A stretch of DNA of 64,000 nucleotides from an uncultured Verrucomicrobiae bacterium (GTDB taxonomy: Bacteria; Verrucomicrobiota; Verrucomicrobiia; Chthoniobacterales; Chthoniobacteraceae): assembly GCA_963836755.1 (NCBI GenBank), contig CAWIKF010000002.1, positions 256,001 through 320,000 of the forward strand, given 5' to 3'. Both the position numbers and the translations under genes were made by a program. Below the pieces are notes generated by a model. That model was given only the letters and a program-made list of their open reading frames with translations, was not told where the DNA came from and did not search any database. Positions 48,951 to 58,664 of the stretch are shown one piece after another. Positions within the stretch are counted from its first letter, which is position 1, and the number at the start of each line of letters is the position of its first letter.

Positions 48951-49166
48951 TTAATGTTTCGACGGGGAGGATTTTTTGCTGCCGCAATTTCCCTTTGAAG
49001 AGCAGGTCGACTTCGACGAACAATTCGCTTTCGATCCGCATTGCGCTTTCTGGTCATGCGAGCAGGTCGAGCAGGTCTTTCCTTTATTCGGCTGTGAGCT
49101 GGCGCAGCCTGCAAGCAGACCAGTGAGGGCGGCAGCGGCGAAGATGGCGGTCGAATTTGTTTTCAT
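48951..49166 (-). CDS. 71-aa Cys-rich lipoprotein
   Basis: Lipobox LLAG-C; CSTC; (C-x-S-K-x-x)x4; hairpin at 48915-48941 downstream. Confidence 0.75.
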   Translation of the reverse strand: MKTNSTAIFAAAALTGLLAGCASSQPNKGKTCSTCSHDQKAQCGSKANCSSKSTCSSKGNCGSKKSSPSKH

Positions 49167-49248
49167 CCGTCCCATAAACCATTCTCGCGGATCAAAGACA
49201 ATCGGATTCGCGGAACGGACTTTTTCTACGCCGGCGCGAAGCAAAGTT

Positions 49249-50136
49249 TCACGAAAGAAAAAACTCTTCGCCCTCGCGCGCCGCATCGATGATCAGCTTG
49301 CTCCCATGCGCAGCCGCGAGCTCGCGCGCGTGATCGCGCATTTCGCGCACGCGCTCATCGTCGTGAGTCGGATCGTGATGGAATAAAAACAACCGTTTTA
49401 CGTCCGCCGAGATCGCGAGTTTCACGACATCGTCGAGGCAGCCGTGGCCCCAGCCGACGTGCGCGCAGTATTCATCGCGATCGTATTGCGCATCGTTGAT
49501 GAGCACGTCGGCGTCGCGGATGAAATCGATCAGCCGGCGATTGTTCGTGTCGCTGCCGTGCGCCGGCGTTCCGACCTGTTCGTGGCTGAACGGCTCGTTG
49601 TCGGGGAGATAAGCGATCGAGCCGCCGCTCGTGAAAAGCCGGTAGCCGACAGCGATGCCGGGATGGTTCATCGTCAAGGTCTGGCAGCGCACTGGGCCGA
49701 CGAAGAAGTCGCACGTCTTCAGCTCCTCGATGACGATGTTGCCCGGCAATTCCTGGAGCGCGATCGGGAAATACGGACTCTCCATTTGGCCCGTCAACGT
49801 AGTGCTGAGGCTGATCTTCGCGCCTTCGTAGCCGAGGATGTGCACTTTGTTTTTTGCGTCGTAGGCCGGTCGGAAAAAAGGAAAACCCTGGATGTGATCC
49901 CAATGCGTGTGCGAGATGAGCAGCGTCACCTCGATCGGATTGCCGTCAAACTCCTCGGCGAGCGCGATCCCGAGCGGCCGGATGCCCGTGCCCGCGTCGA
50001 GCACGATCAATTCACCATCAGCGCGCACTTCGACGCACGAAGTATTGCCGCCGTAAAAAACCGTTGACGGCCCCGGCGTGGGCACCGATCCGCGGACTCC
50101 CCAGAATTTGAAACTACAGCGCGAAGCGGAATCCAT
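49249..50136 (-). CDS. MBL-fold metallohydrolase (RNase Z/phosphodiesterase-like)
   Basis: FWGVRGS, GGNTSC, DAGTG, SHTHWDH, DAQY, GWGH, FHHDP. Confidence 0.9.
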   Translation of the reverse strand: MDSASRCSFKFWGVRGSVPTPGPSTVFYGGNTSCVEVRADGELIVLDAGTGIRPLGIALAEEFDGNPIEVTLLISHTHWDHIQGFPFFRPAYDAKNKVHILGYEGAKISLSTTLTGQMESPYFPIALQELPGNIVIEELKTCDFFVGPVRCQTLTMNHPGIAVGYRLFTSGGSIAYLPDNEPFSHEQVGTPAHGSDTNNRRLIDFIRDADVLINDAQYDRDEYCAHVGWGHGCLDDVVKLAISADVKRLFLFHHDPTHDDERVREMRDHARELAAAHGSKLIIDAAREGEEFFLS

Positions 50137-50194
50137 GAAGTTCGGGTTTTTACCCGAGGGCGCAGACGGATGGCAAGCGCACGGCGTGGCGGAA

Positions 50195-50239
50195 GAAATG
50201 AGAAAACCCGTTTCGCCAGACGACGAAACGGGTTTTCTC
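50195..50239 (-). terminator. Intrinsic terminator downstream of the HU gene
   Basis: 16-bp stem GAGAAAACCCGTTTCG/CGAAACGGGTTTTCTC. Confidence 0.85.
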
Positions 50240-50261
50240 GGGGGCGGGGGGGAAAGTGGCT

Positions 50262-50534
50262 TTAGAGCTTGCTCTTGAGTTCTTTGCCGACGCTGAACTT
50301 CACCGTCTTTGATTTTTTGATTTTGATTTTCTCCCCGGTCTTGGGGTTGATCCCCATGCGCGCTGCGCGCTCGGCCACGCGAAAGGTGCCGAAGCCGACG
50401 AGCTGCACCGACTTGTCTTTGCGGATGCCGGATCGGATGCCATCGATGACCGCACCGACGGCGCGTTCCGCTTCCGCGCGGCTGGTGCTGCCGAGCGATT
50501 TTGCCACAGCGTCCACTAATTCTGATTTGTTCAT
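50262..50534 (-). CDS. hup: DNA-binding protein HU
   Basis: MNKSELV, VQLVGFGTF, R.GINPKTGE. Confidence 0.96.
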   Translation of the reverse strand: MNKSELVDAVAKSLGSTSRAEAERAVGAVIDGIRSGIRKDKSVQLVGFGTFRVAERAARMGINPKTGEKIKIKKSKTVKFSVGKELKSKL

Positions 50535-50675
50535 TTAGGTCGTTTTTCTAATGTTGAGTTGCGCTGGATTCTTCCAGCAAAAGTGCCGCTGTTCTGTCAC
50601 TCGCACCAACGTCTGTCAACACCTTTTAAAAAAAGTTCAAGTGCGTCCAAAGCTTGTGGCCATCAAGCTTCGCGG

Positions 50676-50704
50676 TTGATCATCCGCCGCGCGGGGCGCA
50701 CAAT
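50676..50704 (+). promoter_or_regulatory. Putative promoter TTGATC-N17-CACAAT, 5 nt before ATG 50710
   Basis: Spacing read directly from the sequence. Confidence 0.4.
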
Positions 50705-50709
50705 GGCGC

Positions 50710-51243
50710 ATGACTTTTGAGGACCGGATCGAGCGGTTTTACAAATGCAAACCTTCGCTGCATCCGAGCGCATTCATCGCGTCCAACGCGACCGTGCTTG
50801 GCGATGTGACGCTCGAGGAAAACGCGAGCGTCTGGTTCCACGCCACCCTGCGCGGTGACATCAATTCCATCAGCATCGGCACCGGCTCGAACATCCAAGA
50901 CGGCTCGGTGATTCATCTCGCCGATGATTTTCCCACGCGCGTCGGGGAGTTTGTCACCGTGGGCCACCGCGCGATTCTGCACGCATGCACAGTCGGCGAC
51001 GAAGTTCTCATCGGCATGGGCGCGGTCGTGCTCGATGGCGTCGAAATTGGCGCGCGCTCCATCATTGGCGCGAGCGCGCTCGTAACCCAGCACACGAGGA
51101 TTCCGCCCGGCTCGCTCGTCCTCGGCTCGCCGGCAAAAATCGTCCGCGCCCTTTCGCTCGACGAGCAGCGCTCGCTCAAGAGCTGGGCGGATAAATACGT
51201 GGAGCTCTCGCGCATTTACCTCGCAAAATCTGACGGCGCCTGA
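50710..51243 (+). CDS. Gamma-carbonic anhydrase family (YrdA-like) protein
   Basis: LRGD, SNIQDGSVIH, TVGH.AILH hexapeptide repeats. Confidence 0.92.
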   Translation: MTFEDRIERFYKCKPSLHPSAFIASNATVLGDVTLEENASVWFHATLRGDINSISIGTGSNIQDGSVIHLADDFPTRVGEFVTVGHRAILHACTVGDEVLIGMGAVVLDGVEIGARSIIGASALVTQHTRIPPGSLVLGSPAKIVRALSLDEQRSLKSWADKYVELSRIYLAKSDGA

Positions 51244-51348
51244 AGCCGCTGGAGTAAAAGTTGGCAGGAAAAATTCCGCGCGCCGCCGGAGCTCCTTTCC
51301 AACGTTAGCCACTTGCCCCGGAGAAGGACGGCTGATTACGCTCATGGC

Positions 51349-52764
51349 CTGATTCCCCACCAGCGCACCTTCTCTCTCTTGCTCGTTTTTTTGACGGCAG
51401 CGTTCCTGTCTGGACCTCGCGCGCCGCGCAGGAGAAGTTGTCGCTCAGCGGGAAGGAATGGAAAGTCTCTCCCCAAGCCGAGGTTCAGCAGACCGGTGAA
51501 GCGATTTCCACGCCAGGCTTTCCGGCGAATGAATGGGTGCCGGCAGAATTTCCGGGCACCGTCTTTGTTTCCTATGTTCTTGCAGGAAAGGAGGGGACCC
51601 AAACTACGCGAACAATATCTATCACGGTTTGACAGGACTCATTATCTGGATGGGGCAATCGGCCTACCCGTCCTTTGTCTGGCAAACCTATGACTACTAC
51701 TATGACTTGACCGGCGCATACTGGGGCGCAAAGAGCGCATGCGAGCCAGTCCACGTCTACTGGAATGAAAATGATGACCGCATCCGTGTGGTGAATACTT
51801 CCGGCAAAAGTATGGAAGGCCTGACTGCTGAAGCGCAGATCTTTAACATCGATGGCTCGCGGAAGTTCGAAAAGAAGACTGAGACCTTACTTCAAAGCCA
51901 GACCATGTGGCGGATTGCTTTACACTCAGCTATCCCGCCGATCTTTCGCCCATCCATTTCATAAGGCTCCGTCTTACCGATGCCGCGCGCAAGATGGTTT
52001 CGGAGAACTTTTACTGGCGCGGAGTCGAACACGAAAACTTCAGGGGACTGGACGATCTCAAGCCGGTCGATCTTCAAGTAACCTCGCAGACTACCCAAGA
52101 AGACGGCGAACAAATCGTCACTGCCAGCTTCACCAACCCTGCCGGGTCCGGGACTGTCGCGTTTGCGATCCGGCCAATGCTGTTGAACCCGCATACGGGA
52201 GATCAAATCCTGCCGGTGCATACTAGCGACGGTTACTTCTTCCTACTTCCGGGTGAGACTAGGAAGGTAGTTTTTCGCTGCGATCCAGCCGCCGCGGGCG
52301 GGGTAGAACCAAAGGTTGTATTTGAGTCCTACAACAATGCCTTCAACTCCCTGCCTCAAGCAGCCGACAAGACCGGCAACTTCGCGCTCGATAAGTATGT
52401 CGCGGCTTCCAGCACTGACTCTCATGAAAAGGCCGATCCCGCGGTGGACGGCGAGCTCAAAACGCGCTGGCTCTCACTCCCGGCCAGCGGCCGGCAATGG
52501 CTCATGGTTGACTTGGAGAAAAGCCGGAAGATCAATCGCGTCAATGTTTCCTGGGACAAGGCTTTCGCAACTAGCTATTCCGTTCAAGTCTCCGACGATG
52601 CCAAAGCTTGGAGCGACATTCAGTCCACCACGACCGGCAAGGGAGGGAAGGAAGAGCTGACGGGGTTGGAAGGCCAGGGCCGCTACATCCGCCTCCTGGC
52701 CACGCAGCCGACCGATCCGAAGGGCGTTTACGCGGTGTCGGAGATCGAGGTCTTCGGGCAATAG
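51349..52764 (+). pseudogene. Decayed secreted GH2 glycosidase (beta-mannosidase or exo-beta-glucosaminidase type) with C-terminal F5/8C (CBM32) domain
   Basis: Signal-like segment; WVPAEFPGTVF..Y and DPNYANNIY joined directly to WMGQSAYPSFVWQTYDYY...KSACEP; SENFYW; SDGYF.LLPGE; AVDG...TRW, WLMVDL, GRYIRL, EIEVFG; three -1 frameshifts. Confidence 0.8.
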
Positions 52765-53008
52765 TTCCGCGAGGTCGGGATGAAAGTTGTTGTCGTCACG
52801 GCAAAGGTGCCGAGCGTGTTCCGAAACGAGCATTCCACAGTTCACGAGTTGTTGGGTTTCATGAACAGGCGATTGGATCCGCTTTCTCCTCCCTGCCATG
52901 GAATCGCCGCTAGAGATTGCCTAGAGAGACTGCGGCGTTTGCAAGCTTTGTTTTTTGCGAGCAGGGTTCCGCTCGACAAAGCCGGCGAGCGCCACCAACT
53001 TTTCCCCC

Positions 53009-54595
53009 ATGTCCACCGGTTATCTCGCACTCGTGCTGCACGCACATCTGCCTTATGTGCGGCATCCGGAATACGAGGAGTTCCTCGAGGAGGACTGGCT
53101 TTACGAGGCGATCACGGAGACGTATCTGCCGCTCTTGCAGGTGTTGTGGGGTTTGGCGGACGAGGGCGTGCCTTTCCAAATGACGATGTCGCTGACGCCG
53201 ACGCTCTGCTCTATGCTCCGCGACCCGCTTTTGCAGGAGCGCTATGTGCGCTACATCGAGCGGGCGGTCGCGCTGGCGAAGCAGGAGCTCGACCGGACGC
53301 AGCACGATGCGCGGCTGCACGAGCTGGCGCGCATGTATCTGGAGCGCTTTATCACGTGCCGGAATCTTTTTGTGGACGGATGGAGGCGCGATCTCGTCGG
53401 CGCATTCGCAGCGCTGCAGGAGCGCGGAGTTTTGGAAATCATCACCTGCGCGGCGACCCACGGTTTTCTGCCGCTGATGGAAAATTTTCCCGAAGCGGTG
53501 CGGGCGCAAATTTTGATCGCACGCGATCATTACCGCGAATGTTTCGGGCGCGACCCGGTCGGCATCTGGCTTCCCGAATGCGGCTTCGTGCCCGGCCTCG
53601 ACGATGTTTTACAAGAGGCAAATATCCGCTGGTTCATCATGGATTCGCACGGGCTCATGTTTGGGAGTCCGCGCCCGCGCTACGCGATTTATGCGCCGGT
53701 TTTTACGCCGGGCGGCGTGGCGGCTTTCGCGCGCGACCGCGAGTCGAGCAAGCAGGTATGGAGCGCGGAGCACGGATATCCGGGCGACCCCGCGTATCGT
53801 GATTTTTACCGCGATATCGGCTTCGATCTTTCGGAGGAATATCTGCGGCCGTTTTTGCCGCCGGACGGCACGCGGAAATTCACCGGCATCAAATACAACC
53901 GCATCACGGGCCGCACGAACGACAAAGATTTATATAACCGCAACTGGGCGATGGCTGCCGCCGATTCGCACGCGGGCAACTTTGTCTGGAACCGCGCGCA
54001 GCAAATCAAGGGACTGCGCGAGACGTCGGGCGACTTTGACCCCATCGTCGTGAGCCCATTCGACGCGGAGCTCTTCGGACATTGGTGGTTCGAGGGACCG
54101 GAGTTTTTGAACTGGGTCATCCGCAAGGCCGTTTACGACCAGCGCGATTTCCAGCTCACAATGCCGACGCGCTATCTCGACGCGCACAGCACGCTGCAAC
54201 TCGTGGTGCCGAGCGCCTCGAGTTGGGGGCACAAAGGTTACTGGGAAGTCTGGCTCGATGAGAGCAACTCCTGGATTTACCCGCATCTCCACGCCGCCGC
54301 GCGCCGCATGACAGAGCTCGCGCGCCTGCACAAAGAAACGACCGACCCGCTGCTCGATCGCGCGCTCAAACAACTCGCGCGCGAACTGCTCCTGGCGCAA
54401 TCGAGCGACTGGGCGTTCCTGATGAAAACCGGCACCGCGCGCGAATACGCGACAAAGCGGACCAAAGATCATCTGCTGCGCTTCACGCGGCTCTACGAAA
54501 TGGTTCGTGGCAACACGATCGACGAGACATTTTTGAAAAACAGCGAATGGCGCGACGCCATTTTCCCAAACCTCAACTGGCGATACTACCTGTGA
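53009..54595 (+). CDS. GH57 1,4-alpha-glucan branching enzyme (DUF1957)
   Basis: LHAHLPYVRH, ETYLPL, ATHGFLP, GIWLPEC, FDAELFGHWWFEG, AQSSDWAF. Confidence 0.93.
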   Translation: MSTGYLALVLHAHLPYVRHPEYEEFLEEDWLYEAITETYLPLLQVLWGLADEGVPFQMTMSLTPTLCSMLRDPLLQERYVRYIERAVALAKQELDRTQHDARLHELARMYLERFITCRNLFVDGWRRDLVGAFAALQERGVLEIITCAATHGFLPLMENFPEAVRAQILIARDHYRECFGRDPVGIWLPECGFVPGLDDVLQEANIRWFIMDSHGLMFGSPRPRYAIYAPVFTPGGVAAFARDRESSKQVWSAEHGYPGDPAYRDFYRDIGFDLSEEYLRPFLPPDGTRKFTGIKYNRITGRTNDKDLYNRNWAMAAADSHAGNFVWNRAQQIKGLRETSGDFDPIVVSPFDAELFGHWWFEGPEFLNWVIRKAVYDQRDFQLTMPTRYLDAHSTLQLVVPSASSWGHKGYWEVWLDESNSWIYPHLHAAARRMTELARLHKETTDPLLDRALKQLARELLLAQSSDWAFLMKTGTAREYATKRTKDHLLRFTRLYEMVRGNTIDETFLKNSEWRDAIFPNLNWRYYL

Positions 54596-55842
54596 AAACG
54601 GCCATCCTATTGCTCGCGTTTGTTGCCTCGATCGCATGGGCGCAGGAAGAGGAGCCGAGCCCGCCGCCGAAAAAAACCGGCGTCAAATTGCTCTTCATCC
54701 CGCCGCCGATGGAAGGAACTTTTTCGCTCGGAATTTACGACGCGCAGGGGCATCTCGTGCGCACGCTCAAGCGCGATGCCGAGACGTCGGACTTCGGCGT
54801 CGCGTTGAACGGGCTCGTCACGTATTGGGATGGAAAAGATGACCACGGCGCGACGTTGCCGGCGGGTAAATACTCCGCACGCGGCTTTTGCGTCGGCGAC
54901 GTGAACGTCGAGGGCGAGGCCTATTTTTGCAACGACTGGATCACCGACGAAAAGTCGCCGCGCATCAGCCGCGTGCAGGAACTTTTTGCCATGCCCGCGG
55001 GCGGTTTCGGCATCAGCGCACAGACGCCGGACAAAGTGACGCTGCTCGCATTCGATGCCGCTGGAAATCCGTGCGACGACAAAGGCGGTCTAAATGAAAA
55101 AGTCAGCGTTCGCGACGGCGCGGTCGTGCGTGAACAGAATGGCGTGGCGGCGAAACTCGAGCTGCCGGGACTTTCAAAGCCGACCGCGGCCGCGCCCGCT
55201 CGCAACGGCGGCGTCTGGGTCGTGGATGAAAGTGAGGTCAAGGAATTCTCAAAGACCGGCGAATTTTTGCGGCGTCTCGCACTCGTGCCCGGCGCGCCGG
55301 TGCCGGTGCAAATCGCCGCGTCGACCACGCGCGACGAAATTTTTCTACTCGAGCAAGACGCACGGATGCAGCGGCTGCGCGCCCTCGCGTTGATCGCGCC
55401 CGCGGCAGCTTCGCCGGCCAGCGCGCCGGTCTCGACGTGGAAAGTGGTCTTCACAAAAACCATCACGTTCAGCGACACGTTTGATGCGGTGAAAGGACAA
55501 CTCAAAACACCGGACGGCAAACCTTTCGTCCCGCAGGAAAAAGTGAAACTCGCGCTCGTGAAAAATCCGCTCGAGCGCAAAAAGCCGGGTGCGGCGGAAG
55601 TCGCGGTGGGCATCGATGCCGACGGAAGTTTTCTGCGGCTGATCGACGGTCTACCGCTGACGCGGCTCTCGGACACGGCGCATTTGAAATGGACGGCGAT
55701 CGCGCGCGTCGCCGCGCCAGATTCGCTGCTGCTTTTTCAAAGTGACGGCGCGGTCGTCGAGGAATTCGTCGCGACTAAACTTTCGAAGATGATGGCGTTT
55801 GATTGCGGCGAATTTGATTTCGATCCTGCGCGCGACAAATGA
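54592..55842 (+). CDS. Secreted hypothetical protein with a FlgD-like Ig domain
   Basis: GTGA overlap; signal peptide; SLGIYDAQGHLVRTL...WDGKDD.G..LPAGKY. Confidence 0.75.
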   Translation: MKTAILLLAFVASIAWAQEEEPSPPPKKTGVKLLFIPPPMEGTFSLGIYDAQGHLVRTLKRDAETSDFGVALNGLVTYWDGKDDHGATLPAGKYSARGFCVGDVNVEGEAYFCNDWITDEKSPRISRVQELFAMPAGGFGISAQTPDKVTLLAFDAAGNPCDDKGGLNEKVSVRDGAVVREQNGVAAKLELPGLSKPTAAAPARNGGVWVVDESEVKEFSKTGEFLRRLALVPGAPVPVQIAASTTRDEIFLLEQDARMQRLRALALIAPAAASPASAPVSTWKVVFTKTITFSDTFDAVKGQLKTPDGKPFVPQEKVKLALVKNPLERKKPGAAEVAVGIDADGSFLRLIDGLPLTRLSDTAHLKWTAIARVAAPDSLLLFQSDGAVVEEFVATKLSKMMAFDCGEFDFDPARDK

Positions 55843-55885
55843 ACCGCGTGCGCGGCGCCGCTATTTGGTTTAGATAAACTGCGTC

Positions 55886-56698
55886 ATGTCCATTCCACTT
55901 GAAGACAATTACACGGACATCATCGGCAAGGCACAGCGCGGGCTGCATCTCCCGGACTCCGAGCTCGCGGAGCGCGCTGGCGTGAGCGTCGAGACGATTC
56001 ATCAGCTGCGGTCGGGCGACTTTGATGCCGCTGCGGCGGAGCGAATCGCAGCGCCGCTCGGGTTGAATCCGCGCGCGCTCGTGGAGCTCGGGGAAAAGCG
56101 ATGGATGCCGCCGCAGATCGACATCGAAGGTTTGAGGATGTTTAACACGCCGTTCAGCGACATTTTCGTGAATGCCTATCTCGCCTTTGACGCCGAATCG
56201 CGCGAAGCGGTCATTTTCGACACCGGCGCGGACTGCAGCGAAATGCTCGAGTTCCTGGAAAAAAACAATCTGAGCGTGCGATGGATTTTGCTCACGCACA
56301 CGCACGTCGATCACATTTTCGATCTCGACCGGCTGAAAATGAGGACGGACGCGCCGGCCTACGTTTCGCGTCGCGAACCGCTCGAAGGTGCGGAGCCAAT
56401 CGATGAAGGAACGGAATTCGAACTGGGAAAAATCCACGTTCGCGCGCGACTGACGTCGGGGCATTCGGCCGGCGGGCTGACGTATCTCGTCGATGGATTG
56501 TCGCAGCCGGTTGCGATCGTCGGTGATTCGCTTTTCGCCGGTTCGATGGGCGGCGGGATGGTGAGCTACGCCGATGCACTGCGAAATAATCGCGAGAAAA
56601 TTCTCACGCTCCCCGATGAAACCGTCGTCTGCCCCGGTCACGGCCCAATGACGACGGTCGGCGAGGAGAAAGTGCACAACCCATTTTTCGCGACGTGA
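55886..56698 (+). CDS. XRE-type HTH fused to a glyoxalase-II-like MBL hydrolase
   Basis: SELAERAGVS.ETI..L HTH; THTHVDH, GHS, GDSLF, PGHGP. Confidence 0.85.
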   Translation: MSIPLEDNYTDIIGKAQRGLHLPDSELAERAGVSVETIHQLRSGDFDAAAAERIAAPLGLNPRALVELGEKRWMPPQIDIEGLRMFNTPFSDIFVNAYLAFDAESREAVIFDTGADCSEMLEFLEKNNLSVRWILLTHTHVDHIFDLDRLKMRTDAPAYVSRREPLEGAEPIDEGTEFELGKIHVRARLTSGHSAGGLTYLVDGLSQPVAIVGDSLFAGSMGGGMVSYADALRNNREKILTLPDETVVCPGHGPMTTVGEEKVHNPFFAT

Positions 56699-57591
56699 GC
56701 GGGGAAAAAATCGGCTTTGTCGGCGTCGGCCGAATGGGCGCGAACATGGCGCGGCGCTTGTGGGATCAAGGTTTCGCGGTCACGGCGCTTTACGATGTGC
56801 AGCGAGCTGCGGCGCAAAATCTCGCGCGCGAAGTCGGCAGCGACGCGGTGGAAACGCTCGCCGCGGTTTCGGCAGCAGCGGACGTGATCATCACCGTGGT
56901 GACGGACGACGCGGCGCAGATGGAAGTTTTTCAACGCAGCGGCGACAATCTTTTAAACAACGCACGCGGCCGACTTTTCATCAATTGCGCGACGGTCGCC
57001 CCGCGGGTCCACGTGGAAATCGAGCGGCTCGCGGAGCAGGCCGGCGCGCAATCGCTCGAGGCCTGCATGGCGTCGAGCATCACGCAGGCGCGCGAGGGCT
57101 CGCTCTATTTGATGCTCGGCGGAAGGCGCGAGGCGTTCGCGCGCGCGGAGCCGATTTTGCGCGCGCTCGGCGAATCGATGCGATTCGTTGGAAGCGCGGG
57201 CGAGGCGGCGAAGGTGAAGGCGTTGGTGAACATGGTGATGAATATCAACACGGCTGGGCTCGCCGAAGGGCTGGGGCTTGGCGAGGCGCTCGGACTCGAT
57301 CTCGAAATGTTGCGCGAAGTTTTCGCGCAGACCGGCGCGAACTCGCGCGTGCTCGCGACGGACGGCGAAGATATGCAGAATCGCGAGCACAGCTGTTTTT
57401 TCTCCGCGTCGCATGCGGCGAAGGATAGCGGCATCGCCCTGCGGCTCGCGGATGAGGCAGGGCTCGACCTGCCGCTGGCGCGCGCGACGAAATCGCAATT
57501 CGACCGGATGGTGGTCGAGGGAATCGGCGAGCTGGATAAATCGGGGATCGCGGAGCTGACGTTCAAAGGCCGGCGCGGGGCGCGCAGCTGA
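56695..57591 (+). CDS. Beta-hydroxyacid dehydrogenase family oxidoreductase
   Basis: [29 protein letters not shown]. Confidence 0.88.
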   Translation: MSGEKIGFVGVGRMGANMARRLWDQGFAVTALYDVQRAAAQNLAREVGSDAVETLAAVSAAADVIITVVTDDAAQMEVFQRSGDNLLNNARGRLFINCATVAPRVHVEIERLAEQAGAQSLEACMASSITQAREGSLYLMLGGRREAFARAEPILRALGESMRFVGSAGEAAKVKALVNMVMNINTAGLAEGLGLGEALGLDLEMLREVFAQTGANSRVLATDGEDMQNREHSCFFSASHAAKDSGIALRLADEAGLDLPLARATKSQFDRMVVEGIGELDKSGIAELTFKGRRGARS

Positions 57592-57653
57592 ATCGCGCGC
57601 CAGAAAAAATTTCCTCGCCAGCGCAAAAGTCGACGCTTAGAAACGCAATCCCT

Positions 57654-58538
57654 TTGACCACGGAAACTCCAGTTTTACGCATCGGTTTGCCCTCCGGCAG
57701 TTTGCAGGAGGCGACATTTTCGCTGTTCGCGAAAGCCGGGTTCAGCATCAACGCGTCGAGCCGATCCTATAAGCCGAGCGTCGATGATCCGGAGTTGCAA
57801 ATCCGGCTGCTGCGCGCGCAGGAAATCTCGCGCTACGTGGAGCACGGATTTCTCGATTGCGGGCTGACGGGAAAGGATTGGATCGAGGAGAACGGGTCGG
57901 ACGTCGAGAGCATCTGCGAGCTGACTTTTTCGAAGGCGAGTTCGCAGCCGACGCGCTGGGTTTTATGCGTGCCGGAAAGCTCGCCGATCAAGACGGTGAA
58001 AGATTTGCAGGGCAAAGTGATCGCGACCGAGGCAGTCGGCATGACGCGAAAATTTCTGAAGAAAAACGGCGTGACCGCGAGCGTGGAATTTTCATGGGGT
58101 GCGACTGAGGTCAAAGTGCCGGATCTCGTGGACGCGATTGTGGACGTGACGGAAACCGGCTCGTCTTTGCGGGCAAACAAGCTGCGCATTTTGGAGACTT
58201 TGATGACGAGCGCTCCGCAATTTATCGCGAACAAAACGGCGTGGAGCGAGGAGTGGAAGCGGGCGAAAATCGAGCGGCTCGTTCTTTTACTCCAAGGCGC
58301 GCTGGCCGCCCGCGATAAAGTGGGATTGAAGATGAACATCCCGCAAAAGAAGTTGCAGAATCTACTCGAAGCTCTACCGTCGCTCCGCAATCCAACCGTC
58401 TCGCACCTGGCGACGGCGGACTGGGTGGCCGTTGAGACGGTGATCGATGAGAAGATCGTCCGTGAGATAATCCCGCAATTGAAGTCGCTCGGTGCCGAAG
58501 GGATCATCGAATATCCGCTCAACAAGGTAGTTTATTAA
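57654..58538 (+). CDS. hisG: ATP phosphoribosyltransferase, long form
   Basis: [44 protein letters not shown]. Confidence 0.96.
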   Translation: MTTETPVLRIGLPSGSLQEATFSLFAKAGFSINASSRSYKPSVDDPELQIRLLRAQEISRYVEHGFLDCGLTGKDWIEENGSDVESICELTFSKASSQPTRWVLCVPESSPIKTVKDLQGKVIATEAVGMTRKFLKKNGVTASVEFSWGATEVKVPDLVDAIVDVTETGSSLRANKLRILETLMTSAPQFIANKTAWSEEWKRAKIERLVLLLQGALAARDKVGLKMNIPQKKLQNLLEALPSLRNPTVSHLATADWVAVETVIDEKIVREIIPQLKSLGAEGIIEYPLNKVVY

Positions 58539-58544
58539 AGCCAA

Positions 58545-58649
58545 ATGGGTTCACTAAAGAAAAGACGCAAAGCGAAAATCGCGAAGCACAAACGCCGCAA
58601 GCGGATGAAGCTCAACCGACACAAGAAGCGTTTGCGCTATAAAAGCTAG
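58545..58649 (+). CDS. Small ribosomal protein bS22 (AURKAIP1/COX24, mS38-like), 34 aa
   Basis: Hand translation MGSLKKRRKAKIAKHKRRKRMKLNRHKKRLRYKS*; matches the MGS..KKRR..M.KHK.RK family pattern; not in the ORF track. Confidence 0.85.
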   Translation: MGSLKKRRKAKIAKHKRRKRMKLNRHKKRLRYKS

Positions 58650-58664
58650 TCGCTAGATTAGTCG

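Noticed and set aside
16047..51265. GAGTAAAA(A)GTT recurring near gene ends (~16047, ~28128, ~51252)
   Set aside because: Short, twice includes the stop codon, and A-tracts are common here; no support for a repeat family or attachment site
52765..53008. Possible gene remnant or ncRNA after the GH2 fragment
   Set aside because: No recognisable ORF, structure or inverted repeat
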